Positions 39,366-48,386 of a DNA stretch of 64,000 nt are shown here, piece after piece. Location of the stretch: assembly GCA_037446255.1 (NCBI GenBank), contig JBBIIY010000002.1, positions 69,630-133,629 on the forward strand. Direction: 5' to 3'. The translations under genes were made by a program, and so were the position numbers. The stretch's first letter is position 1, and the number at the start of each line of letters is the position of its first letter. The DNA comes from Coprothermobacterota bacterium (lineage in GTDB: Bacteria > Coprothermobacterota > HKB111). The notes under the pieces were generated by a model that was given only the letters and a program-made list of their open reading frames with translations, did not search any database and was not told where the DNA came from.

Positions 39366-39635
39366 TTATATAGCCCTATTATTATCTATTACTTTAAAAA
39401 CTACATCTCCCCTTTTTACAGGTTCAAGAACTTTTAAACCAATATTCTCTCCTAAGAGAGCTTCTTCAACATTTTTATGTTCTACTTGCATACTGCTTAC
39501 TTTTTGAAACAAATCTGATTCTTTTCCTTCAATTCGTAAATCATCGCCAATTTTTAGGGTAGCCCCTTCTATTTTGAGGACAGCAACACCAATCTTTTTG
39601 AAATAATTTGTGATAATTCCTACTTTAATATCCAA
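39366..39635 (-). CDS. Small hypothetical protein (89 aa), possible beta-barrel domain
   Basis: AGGAGG RBS 7 nt upstream; no recognisable catalytic motif; co-directional and tightly linked to the upstream 150-aa ORF and the Fe-ADH. Confidence 0.4.
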   Translation of the reverse strand: MDIKVGIITNYFKKIGVAVLKIEGATLKIGDDLRIEGKESDLFQKVSSMQVEHKNVEEALLGENIGLKVLEPVKRGDVVFKVIDNNRAI

Positions 39636-39678
39636 GGCATTTACCTCCTGTTTTTTATTATATCAGGATTCAAGAAAG

Positions 39679-40131
39679 TTAAAAAGCTTTTTTGGCGACT
39701 CTTCTTATGCCAGGGCGAAACTGATTTAGTACGGCCCCACCTTTACCATTAACTGCTTCTCCGTTAATTAGTTTTACATGCCAATCCCTTAATACCTCCT
39801 TAACCTTAGAACCAATTGCTTCTACCTTTTCCATAGCATTTATCCATGATAAATCAAAAGGTAGTTCTATGACCAACTTCAAGTTTCCGTTAACTGAGAC
39901 TTCTATATCTACGAAATCATCAAATTCAGTTCTCAGAGCCTCGGTATAAATTCCACATAGATTCTTATTAATTTTTTGGAAAAGGACATCATTAAAAATT
40001 CCTACCCTGCTTTCTTTTTTTTCACGAGTTAATATTGTTACCCTTTTTAATATCTTCTCGTCTAAAGTAGGATGGTAACCATTTTCTACTACATAATTAA
40101 TGCCCAATATATCAACCTTTTTCATCTCCAT
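39679..40131 (-). CDS. Hypothetical protein (150 aa)
   Basis: Start overlaps the stop of the Fe-ADH gene by 10 nt; no recognised domain. Confidence 0.4.
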   Translation of the reverse strand: MEMKKVDILGINYVVENGYHPTLDEKILKRVTILTREKKESRVGIFNDVLFQKINKNLCGIYTEALRTEFDDFVDIEVSVNGNLKLVIELPFDLSWINAMEKVEAIGSKVKEVLRDWHVKLINGEAVNGKGGAVLNQFRPGIRRVAKKAF

Positions 40132-41231
40132 TGTAATTTCCTGTATAAATTAATGACTTCTTCTTTCTCGGGTGTTTTTGGTGCAGACATCATAAATCTC
40201 TTGTTATTAATCACTTCCTCTGCATAGTTATCAATAATTTCCTCAGAAATATTGGAAAACCCGGATATGAAAGGTTCTATCTCAGATATTTTATTTAAAG
40301 CTATCAATCCTTCGCATAAATCATCATAACCAAGAATATCAGAAGCTTCTTTATATTTCTTTATTATCTCAGACTTCTGCCAGAAAAATAAATGAGGCAT
40401 TATCATAGCATTTGCTCTACCGTGTGGAACCTCAAAATTAGAAGTCAAAGGATATCCTATGGCGTGAGCCAGACCTGAACCAGCAGTATTGATAGTAAGT
40501 CCGCCTAATAATGAAGCCATAGATAAACCTTCGCGGTATTTATAATCTCCTGTTGCTAATAAACCCTCGTAATTATACTTGAACCATCTTAACCCTTCCC
40601 TGGCATAGGCATCGCTAATCGACGAAGATGACCGAGAAAAAAATCCTTCCAGTAAATGAGATAGAGCATCTAATCCGGTATCAATAGTTATATTACGCGG
40701 TAAATCCAGGGTTAATTCAGGGTCAACTATTGCCAATAAAGGGATTATATGGGTAGATACCAGGGATATTTTTTTATGATTCATTGTCAGAACTGAATAT
40801 TTAGTTACTTCTGAGCCAGTACCGGAAGTCGTAGGGATAGCAATTATGGGTAAGGCATTTTTTACTTTATCAATACCCAATAGTTCTTCTATAATAGTGT
40901 CCGAACCTATGGAAGCAGCGATAGCTTTTGCAGCATCCAGAGGAGAGCCACCACCAACAGCAATTACCATATCTACCTGTTCCTGAAGGGCTAATAAAAT
41001 ACCCGCCCTGACAGTTTCTATGCTTGGATTGGGCTCTACCTGAAAAAAGGGCACAACCTGAAAACCATCTGTTTCTAAAGTTTTCACAATTTCCTTTCCC
41101 AGGATAGAAGTTTTACCTTTACCAGAGACGAGGAGAACTTTTTCACCATATTTTGTAATCTCCTGGGGTAATAAAGAAAGGCTGCCTTTTCCAAAAATTA
41201 TTTTAGCTGGCATCTGATAGGTAATCAGCAT
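40122..41231 (-). CDS. Iron-containing alcohol dehydrogenase family protein
   Basis: 369 aa; GGGSPLDAAKAIA NAD/iron-binding motif; metal-binding His in the C-terminal half. Confidence 0.8.
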   Translation of the reverse strand: MLITYQMPAKIIFGKGSLSLLPQEITKYGEKVLLVSGKGKTSILGKEIVKTLETDGFQVVPFFQVEPNPSIETVRAGILLALQEQVDMVIAVGGGSPLDAAKAIAASIGSDTIIEELLGIDKVKNALPIIAIPTTSGTGSEVTKYSVLTMNHKKISLVSTHIIPLLAIVDPELTLDLPRNITIDTGLDALSHLLEGFFSRSSSSISDAYAREGLRWFKYNYEGLLATGDYKYREGLSMASLLGGLTINTAGSGLAHAIGYPLTSNFEVPHGRANAMIMPHLFFWQKSEIIKKYKEASDILGYDDLCEGLIALNKISEIEPFISGFSNISEEIIDNYAEEVINNKRFMMSAPKTPEKEEVINLYRKLQWR

Positions 41232-41326
41232 CTTTTATCCTCCTGAAAATAACATTATTTGTTTTATATCAAGACTTTAAGGATTAATTTTATTTAATAA
41301 TTTTACCATGTGCTATAATCGTATTT

Positions 41327-42427
41327 ATGGTAAACATTTACGACCTCAAAACGAATAAAGTTGAATCAGTAATATTTGAAATCTTGAAACCTTTTGAACC
41401 ATCCGTTAATAAAAAAGAAGTACTTATTAAACCTAATCTTCTGGGTGCCTATGATCCCGAACATGGTGCTACCACCCATCCCGAAGTAGTGAAACATATA
41501 TATCAACAATTAAAGGTGCTAGGAGCTAACCCCATTGGAGGTGATTCCCCCGGAGGAACTGTAACTGATTTTGATTTTGCCGCTTCAATTTCAGGCTTAA
41601 AACAAGCCTGCGAGGGGAATTTTATCTCATTAACCCGTGAGGTAACTGAAGTTAACCTGCCTGCTAATAAAAAAATTCCTTCAATTTTTATATCTGATTT
41701 TTTTAAAAATGCTCCCTTTGTAATAAATGTTCCCAAAATGAAAACTCATACTTTAACCACAATTACCGGAGCAATCAAAAACCTTTATGGAATAATCCCG
41801 GGTAGTTTGAAGTTAAAGCTTCATTCAGAAGCACCCTCAATAGAAGAATTTTCCAGCCTTTTGATAGATATTCTCCAGATTAGACCTCCAGATATAAACA
41901 TTATGGAAGCCATTATTGCTATGGAGGGTGATGGTCCTGCTCATGGAAGTACAAGAAAAACCAACCTTATATTATTTTCCACCAATGCTGTAGAACTTGA
42001 TGCTATAGCAGCCTACATGATGGGTATTGAGCCAAGAAAAGTCCACCATTTAAGAATTGCTTATCAGAGAGGTTTGGGAGAGATTAACCCGGAAAAAATA
42101 AAAGTGACAGGTAATTTATTTCGCATTCCTTCATTCAAGCCACCTTCCACCTACAAAACCTTTTTGGAACGTACCTTAAACCGATTTGCTAATATAATTG
42201 CTCTAACCCCTGACATTAATAACAAAATTTGTAACAAATGCGGTGATTGTATAAAGAATTGCCCGAAAAATGTTATTACAATGAAAGAATACCCCTTTAT
42301 TAACCGCACAGATTGCATTTCCTGCTTTGTGTGTGCAGAAAATTGCCCTATGGGAGCAATATATATACCTAAAACCATTAAGGATGAATTTAATGCCAGA
42401 ATAAAAAGGAGAATGAGTATAAAATGA
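41327..42427 (+). CDS. DUF362 domain protein with C-terminal 2x[4Fe-4S] ferredoxin domain
   Basis: 366 aa; C-terminal CNKCGDCIKNCP and CISCFVCAENCP motifs. Confidence 0.6.
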   Translation: MVNIYDLKTNKVESVIFEILKPFEPSVNKKEVLIKPNLLGAYDPEHGATTHPEVVKHIYQQLKVLGANPIGGDSPGGTVTDFDFAASISGLKQACEGNFISLTREVTEVNLPANKKIPSIFISDFFKNAPFVINVPKMKTHTLTTITGAIKNLYGIIPGSLKLKLHSEAPSIEEFSSLLIDILQIRPPDINIMEAIIAMEGDGPAHGSTRKTNLILFSTNAVELDAIAAYMMGIEPRKVHHLRIAYQRGLGEINPEKIKVTGNLFRIPSFKPPSTYKTFLERTLNRFANIIALTPDINNKICNKCGDCIKNCPKNVITMKEYPFINRTDCISCFVCAENCPMGAIYIPKTIKDEFNARIKRRMSIK

Positions 42428-43305
42428 ACATTTCTTTAATTGTAAATCCTATCGCAGCTTCTGGTAAAGCCAAAAAATTGGTCATACCCGCTGCCAAGCT
42501 ATTAGAAAAAAGTGGTTGTCAGATAGACCTGCAATACAGCCGTTTCGCCGGGCATTCAATTGAACTTTCACGAGAAGCCCTGAAAAAGAACTCAGATTTA
42601 GTAGTAGCAGTTGGTGGCGATGGAACCGCTTCCGAGGTAGCTAACCCACTGGTTGGCACAACCACCCCCCTGGGTATTCTACCTTTTGGCAGAGGAAACG
42701 ATATCGCTACCAGCCTTGATATCCCTAAACAGACAGAAGAAGCGGTGAATTGCCTCTTGAAAGACGACATTAGAACAATAGATGTAGGAAAAGTAAAAGA
42801 TAGATATTTTTTAGGCATTGGAGGAGTGGGTTTTGATGGTGAGGTAGTAAATATGGCTAATAGAAATCGTAAATATTTACCCCTCCCTTTTCTTGCTTAT
42901 TTTGTAGGTGTGTTCGTACAAATTGCTGTTTTTAACCCCAAAAAAATTACTCTTGATATTGATGGCGTTAAACACGAGGTCCGTGCTTATATGGTAGCTA
43001 TCGGAAATGGTCCACGATATGGTGGGGGAATGATTGCCCTTCCTTATGCTTCCCTTGATGATGGAGAATTAGATTTATGCATGGTCAGAGATATTTCCAA
43101 AATTGATTTCTTGATGACCCTTCCTAAAGTCTTTACTGGTGCTCATATTCGCCACCCCGGTGTTTCTCTCTTCAAAGGTAAAAAGATAAGTGTAGAGTCA
43201 GAAGCAAACTTATTCGTGCATGCTGATGGAGAAATTTTAGGAAGGTTACCTGCTACTTTTGAAATAGCTTCCGAAAAACTTAATGTTAGAAAGGGAAAGG
43301 CTTAA
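42424..43305 (+). CDS. Diacylglycerol kinase-family lipid kinase (YegS/DagK-like)
   Basis: 293 aa; DAGK catalytic motif VAVGGDGT; start ATGA-overlaps the upstream gene. Confidence 0.75.
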   Translation: MNISLIVNPIAASGKAKKLVIPAAKLLEKSGCQIDLQYSRFAGHSIELSREALKKNSDLVVAVGGDGTASEVANPLVGTTTPLGILPFGRGNDIATSLDIPKQTEEAVNCLLKDDIRTIDVGKVKDRYFLGIGGVGFDGEVVNMANRNRKYLPLPFLAYFVGVFVQIAVFNPKKITLDIDGVKHEVRAYMVAIGNGPRYGGGMIALPYASLDDGELDLCMVRDISKIDFLMTLPKVFTGAHIRHPGVSLFKGKKISVESEANLFVHADGEILGRLPATFEIASEKLNVRKGKA

Positions 43306-43311
43306 CTAATT

Positions 43312-44712
43312 TCAGATATCCCCTGAAGAGTAAACAACTTTTCCACGAGTTACCGTCATCAAAGGTTTAAGGCCTAATATTTCCTGGGGATTAATTTTGT
43401 AGGGATCACCGTTTAAAACAACCAGATCTCCAACTTTTCCTACCTCTAAAGACCCTCCTTTTCTTTCTGCACCAGCGGCAAACCAACCATTAGCAGTAAA
43501 CATGTTAATAGCTTCCTTAACTTTTACCCTCTCGTTTTCGTTAGGATGATTAACAGCTGAATAAATTCCCAGTATTGGATTAATGGGAGTAACAAAAGAA
43601 TCAGAGCCTCCTGCAATGGTAATCCCTTTTTTAACAATAGTTTTCAAAGGATTGGTATCATCTATTCTGCTACCTAACCGCTTTTCATACATTTTCCCCC
43701 GACCACCCCAGTAGTATTCAAAGACTGGCTGCATACTAAGAACAATACCCAATTGACTGGCTTGTTCTATGTGTTCTTTCTTTGGTAGTTCAAAGTGTTC
43801 AATTCTATGTCTCAAATTTCGTCGTGGACTTTTCTTGATAGCTCTGGAATAGGCTCTAATAAGCTCATCTATAGCTTCGTCTCCAATGGCATGCATAGCT
43901 ATCTGGAGATTCAAAGAGTGAGCTTCAATAATAAAACCTTCTAATCTTTTAGAATCAAAATACAAAACACCTCTTTGTTGAGGTAAATCAGAATAAGGCT
44001 CTTTTATTCGGGCGGTGTGTGAGCCAAAAGATCCATCTATTAACAAACATCCTCCAATCCTTTTAAGTCCTAATTGAAGTACTTCACGGATATTCAAAGT
44101 TTGATAGTATAAAGTAACTCTCATAGGTAGAGTATTTTTTGTTTTTATAAGGGAGTCTACTGCCAGGGCGGGTGAAGTAAAACCACCTTCAAGAGCATGA
44201 ACAAAAGTCACTCCTTGCTTCACTATTTCTTGTGAAAAAAGTTTCAAAGCTTTTTGAATATCATCTCTGGTTAAGGAGTTGTAAAAAGTTGAAACCGCGT
44301 TATTATACTGTTCCCTTATTAGAACAGGAGAATTATTATCTTTGATTCTCAGCATTTCCAGCCCTTTTGAATTGGTGATAGCTGAATGACCGTCTATTCT
44401 GCTAATCAAAATAGCTTTCTCCCTGGAAACTTCATCCAGTTCAGAAAGAACAGGAATAGTTTCACCGAAACGGGAAGGATCTAATCCCCAGCCAAAAATA
44501 ACCTGCCGATCATCTTTTAAGGCCTCTATTTCCACTTTTTTTAATAATTCGCCTGAGGAGTTTATTTTTGAAAAATCAACCTCCTGGTTTTTTATAGCAC
44601 TCATTACCAGGTGAACATGAGAATCAACAAACCCAGGTAGAACAGTTCTGCCCTTGAGGTCAATAATTTCACTACTCTTCCCTAACAGCTTAGAAGTTTG
44701 ATTATCACCCAT
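43312..44712 (-). CDS. Amidohydrolase family (metal-dependent hydrolase, amidohydrolase_3-like)
   Basis: 466 aa; metal-binding GFVDSHVHL near the N-terminus; TIM-barrel hydrolase pattern. Confidence 0.7.
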   Translation of the reverse strand: MGDNQTSKLLGKSSEIIDLKGRTVLPGFVDSHVHLVMSAIKNQEVDFSKINSSGELLKKVEIEALKDDRQVIFGWGLDPSRFGETIPVLSELDEVSREKAILISRIDGHSAITNSKGLEMLRIKDNNSPVLIREQYNNAVSTFYNSLTRDDIQKALKLFSQEIVKQGVTFVHALEGGFTSPALAVDSLIKTKNTLPMRVTLYYQTLNIREVLQLGLKRIGGCLLIDGSFGSHTARIKEPYSDLPQQRGVLYFDSKRLEGFIIEAHSLNLQIAMHAIGDEAIDELIRAYSRAIKKSPRRNLRHRIEHFELPKKEHIEQASQLGIVLSMQPVFEYYWGGRGKMYEKRLGSRIDDTNPLKTIVKKGITIAGGSDSFVTPINPILGIYSAVNHPNENERVKVKEAINMFTANGWFAAGAERKGGSLEVGKVGDLVVLNGDPYKINPQEILGLKPLMTVTRGKVVYSSGDI

Positions 44713-44825
44713 AAAAACAACGATCCCCTTATCAATAACTAATGAGGGAACCGGTGTTTTCGAATTACCTGAGTATATTTTTCCATTAATTAGAGTTAAT
44801 TTATGATTGTAAATCTCTCTTTCCT

Positions 44826-44987
44826 CTATCTTTTTTTCTTTATCCTCTTTCTTCTTAAAACTGAGGGTGGTTCAAAATACTCGTGTTTTTTCATGTCTCT
44901 AAAGATTCCTTCTTTTTCGCATTGCTTGCGGAATCTTTTAACGAGATTATCTAAACTTTCGTTATCTTTCCTTACAACCTCTGACAT
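44826..44987 (-). CDS. rpsU: 30S ribosomal protein S21 (bS21); below the ORF-track size cutoff
   Basis: Manual translation of the minus strand gives MSEVVRKDNESLDNLVKRFRKQCEKEGIFRDMKKHEYFEPPSVLRRKRIKKKR (53 aa), the classic S21 pattern; GGAGG RBS 8 nt upstream. Confidence 0.8.
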   Translation of the reverse strand: MSEVVRKDNESLDNLVKRFRKQCEKEGIFRDMKKHEYFEPPSVLRRKRIKKKR

Positions 44988-45169
44988 TCATCACTACCTC
45001 CCTTCTTGGGGGTTTTATCCTAACTCCAAAACCCAAGTATTTGGAGAGAATTAATAATCTTGGTTTCTTAATTTCAAGTTTCAAAACATAAATTATTAAC
45101 AAATAAATATATCATAAGCTTAAAATAATTACAAGGTATAGCTAACAAAGTTTGCAAGGTTAAATAAAT

Positions 45170-46627
45170 TTAATCTTTTGGAATCCTAACAATCTGAATC
45201 CAGGTTTGACCATACACTCGTTCTAACTCACGCCCATCCTGGAAATAAAAACGCGTTGGTGAAGTGTTATTATCTTTTACCCAGGTCCCGCTGAAATGCT
45301 GTCCCTGTGAATAGAAGTCAATTTTTCCTTTACCAACTAAATTAGGAGTAGGTCTTCCAAGAATATCCAGTCCATGAGGTGCATACTGAACGATAATGTT
45401 ACGGGCGAGAACCTCTTCTTTAGTGGCATCACGGTGAAGCACACCATTGATATAGCGTCTATAAACACCATTATTTGATAGATAAGCATATCTGACCTGG
45501 TAATTTGAGCTGTATTCCAGAATCACTTCGGATATTTCCTTACCCTCTCTACTTATATATGCGGGTCGTACAACTACTTCTTTGGAAGGTTCTTCTACGC
45601 CCAGGGTGGATAGATTTACATAAAGATTATAGGGAGCCTTTCGAGAAGAATCACGGAAGAAACCGGGATTACCTGAAGTTATAGCATTCGTACTGTTTAC
45701 TTTCCAATCTTTGATTTGAATCAGGATATCGGTACCAGCACTGGCATAAATATAATTAACACTGTTTTCCATAGCCAATATTATGCTGTGACTCCGAGCA
45801 CTTCGTATGGGCCCTACTTTCGTAGGGAAGGATGAAAAAAGAGCTAAATAGCGCGTTATTCCTCCTTCCACTTCATACTCATATATCAGGCTTGCTTTAG
45901 CTAAACCGTGTTGAGGCCTGGCACTAGGGTAATTGTCAATTACAATACCATATACAGGCTTACGCTCTGCCTGTGGTGTAATTTTTACTAATTCAACAGC
46001 CAATCTTTTTTTAGCTGCTTCCAGAAGGTTGTCTTTCACGCGAAGCTGGTCAATGAGATTTTTGTATTCTCCATCTTTCTGACTCCTTAGTTCAAGAAGC
46101 AATTGCCTTTTGCTGGTAATTTCTGTTTTTTGCTTAATTATTAAAGCCTGTTCATTCTTAACATAACTGATCAGTTCCGCATCCCTATTCAGAATTCTCG
46201 TTAAGTACCCCACCCAGACAATAACATCACCTAAATTTTCTGATTTTAGCAATAACTCCAGGTAAGAAATCCTTCCTCTGATATAAGCACTACGGACGCG
46301 ACTGGCGAAAATCCGATTTTTCTCTTTTAATCTGGATTCTGATTGGGTAAGTTCAGTTTCTAACCTTGATAACTGAATTTCTGTTTCCAGATATTCCTGG
46401 TTTAGTTCTTTAATCCTTCTTTCTCTATTGTTGATGGAATCATCTAAGGCTTTTATTACTTTTTCCAGTTCAGCTATTTCTGTTTTAGTTATTTCAACTT
46501 TCTTTCTAATATCTTCAAGAGAAGCATAGGTAGTGTTATAAAACCCACTTAACATAGATATAATTAAAACGACCAATAAGACAGTTGAAATCCAGAAAAG
46601 GTATAATTTAGAATTCCGTATTTCCAT
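45170..46627 (-). CDS. Coiled-coil protein with C-terminal DUF3048 (YerB-like) domain, encoded immediately downstream of ftsEX
   Basis: 485 aa; N-terminal TM helix; about 170-aa coiled coil; C-terminal blocks PVYGIVIDNYPSARPQHGL...YEYEVEGGITRYLALF...GPIRSARS typical of DUF3048. Confidence 0.6.
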   Translation of the reverse strand: MEIRNSKLYLFWISTVLLVVLIISMLSGFYNTTYASLEDIRKKVEITKTEIAELEKVIKALDDSINNRERRIKELNQEYLETEIQLSRLETELTQSESRLKEKNRIFASRVRSAYIRGRISYLELLLKSENLGDVIVWVGYLTRILNRDAELISYVKNEQALIIKQKTEITSKRQLLLELRSQKDGEYKNLIDQLRVKDNLLEAAKKRLAVELVKITPQAERKPVYGIVIDNYPSARPQHGLAKASLIYEYEVEGGITRYLALFSSFPTKVGPIRSARSHSIILAMENSVNYIYASAGTDILIQIKDWKVNSTNAITSGNPGFFRDSSRKAPYNLYVNLSTLGVEEPSKEVVVRPAYISREGKEISEVILEYSSNYQVRYAYLSNNGVYRRYINGVLHRDATKEEVLARNIIVQYAPHGLDILGRPTPNLVGKGKIDFYSQGQHFSGTWVKDNNTSPTRFYFQDGRELERVYGQTWIQIVRIPKD

Positions 46628-46629
46628 TG

Positions 46630-47529
46630 TTAGACCTGCAAATGTTTATGTATAGACACCATACTACCTAATCCACCCAGTAAAGTTCCCATAACTAACA
46701 AACCTATAATAAGGGGTATTAGAATTTCTAAATCTGTTACCGGCTGTATAAAAAATGCCAGAGCTTCCTGATTAAGAGAGACTACCAACCGGTAATAAAC
46801 TGCACTAAGTACTGAAACAGCCAAAAGAGTTCCAATCCATCCTATTACTATTCCTTCCAGAATAAAGGGAAAACGGATAAATGAGTTGCTCGCACCTAAG
46901 TATTTCATAATCCCAATTTCTTCTTGACGAGACATAACAGAAATACGGATGGTAGTTATAATCAAGAATATTGCTCCCAAAGAAAGAAGAGTGCTCAAAA
47001 CCAAAAAAGCTGTATTCAACCACCCGGTAACTCTATTCAACAAATCTATTAATTGTTCTCCATATTCCACAGTCTCAACCCCAGGATAACCTTGAATTTC
47101 TCGAGCCAGTTCAGGAACCATTTCAGCCTTCACTACTCTAACTCTAAAAAGGTCTGGTATAGGGTTATTTTCGCCGCTTAACCCTTCTAAAGGTATCCTG
47201 TTATTCATTGATTTGCTAAAATCCTCCAACCCCTGTTCCTTAGATACATAAGTGTAGTTTTTAACACCTTTAAGATTATCAAGTTTAAACTGTATTTCTT
47301 TCACATCAGCATCATTATGTAGAAAAACACCTATCTCAACATTAGACTCTACATTGGTGATAATTTGACCGGTATTTATAACTACCAGAAGAAACCCGCC
47401 GAAGATGGAAAGAGAAACAGCAATTATTCCTGCTGTAACTAAAACCAGCCAAATATTTCTGAAAATTGAAACAAAACTCTGTCGCAAACAGTATCTCAAT
47501 GAATTAATATTCAGTGCTGTAACCTCCAT
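46630..47529 (-). CDS. ftsX: Cell division permease FtsX
   Basis: 299 aa; four TM helices with a large extracellular loop; overlaps ftsE. Confidence 0.85.
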   Translation of the reverse strand: MEVTALNINSLRYCLRQSFVSIFRNIWLVLVTAGIIAVSLSIFGGFLLVVINTGQIITNVESNVEIGVFLHNDADVKEIQFKLDNLKGVKNYTYVSKEQGLEDFSKSMNNRIPLEGLSGENNPIPDLFRVRVVKAEMVPELAREIQGYPGVETVEYGEQLIDLLNRVTGWLNTAFLVLSTLLSLGAIFLIITTIRISVMSRQEEIGIMKYLGASNSFIRFPFILEGIVIGWIGTLLAVSVLSAVYYRLVVSLNQEALAFFIQPVTDLEILIPLIIGLLVMGTLLGGLGSMVSIHKHLQV

Positions 47530-48193
47530 TTTGCTCGTCTCTAATAATACGCCCTTTTTTTAGAGCTATTACTCTTTTTTGCATGCGGTCTACTAAATCC
47601 CAGGCGTGTGTGGCAACAATTACTGTAGTTCCACCTTCGTTTATACTTTCAAAAAGTTTCATAAGCTGTTTTGAATTATCTCTGTCCACATTTCCTGTAG
47701 GTTCATCAGCCAGGATAATTAAGGGATCTTTAACAATAGCCCTGGCAATTCCTACTCTTTGCGCTTCTCCTCCAGATAACTCGGAAGGGAAAGCCTTCTC
47801 CTTGCCTGTTAGACCAACTTTCTCTAAGGCTAAAGGTACTTTTTGCCTGACTTTCCTGGGAGATTGCCCTAAAACCTCCAGGGCAAAAGCTACATTTTCA
47901 TAAACAGTTTTTTGTTTCAATAACCGAAAGTCCTGAAAGACCATCCCAATCCGCCTGCGATATCTGATAAGTTCGCTCTCCATAAAATCGTTAATATTTC
48001 TTTTTAAAAAAAATATTGTACCCGCGGTGGGCATAACTTCCCGAAATAATAATTTAATAAGTGTACTCTTCCCTGCTCCACTGGGACCAACCAGAAAAAT
48101 AAATTCCCCTCGTTCTATGTGTAACGAAATACTTGCTACAGCTGGATGATTACCATCATTATAAGACTTGGTCACATTCCTGAATTCAATCAA
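47504..48193 (-). CDS. ftsE: Cell division ATP-binding protein FtsE (TTG start)
   Basis: 229 aa; Walker A GPSGAGKST; signature LSGGEAQR; Walker B ILADEPTG. Confidence 0.85.
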   Translation of the reverse strand: MIEFRNVTKSYNDGNHPAVASISLHIERGEFIFLVGPSGAGKSTLIKLLFREVMPTAGTIFFLKRNINDFMESELIRYRRRIGMVFQDFRLLKQKTVYENVAFALEVLGQSPRKVRQKVPLALEKVGLTGKEKAFPSELSGGEAQRVGIARAIVKDPLIILADEPTGNVDRDNSKQLMKLFESINEGGTTVIVATHAWDLVDRMQKRVIALKKGRIIRDEQNGGYSTEY

Positions 48194-48228
48194 GATAAAA
48201 CTCCTTTTTCCTCATTGTCGCAAGTATA

Positions 48229-48234
48229 ATTATA
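48229..48234 (-). promoter_or_regulatory. Candidate -10 element (TATAAT) for ftsEX in the selB-ftsE intergenic region
   Basis: TATAAT hexamer on the minus strand about 35 nt upstream of the ftsE TTG; no convincing -35. Confidence 0.25.
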
Positions 48235-48386
48235 ACCCAGATTTAAGTACTGGTCTAAATAACCCTGTAAATATGCCTGATAAAATATAGAAAATAATTG
48301 ATTTATGTTATTAAATAGTTCAAAGTAAAAGTGCTGGCCGGCTTTCATTCTGACAATAAAATTAAAGCAGTTATCCTTAAAGATAA

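Noticed and set aside
39213-39437. 74-aa plus-strand ORF
   Set aside because: It lies entirely across tRNA-Gly and tRNA-Phe (minus strand) and their spacer; spurious.
44803-45054. 83-aa plus-strand hydrophobic ORF
   Set aside because: It is antisense to rpsU, which has a clear S21 translation and RBS; no RBS of its own.
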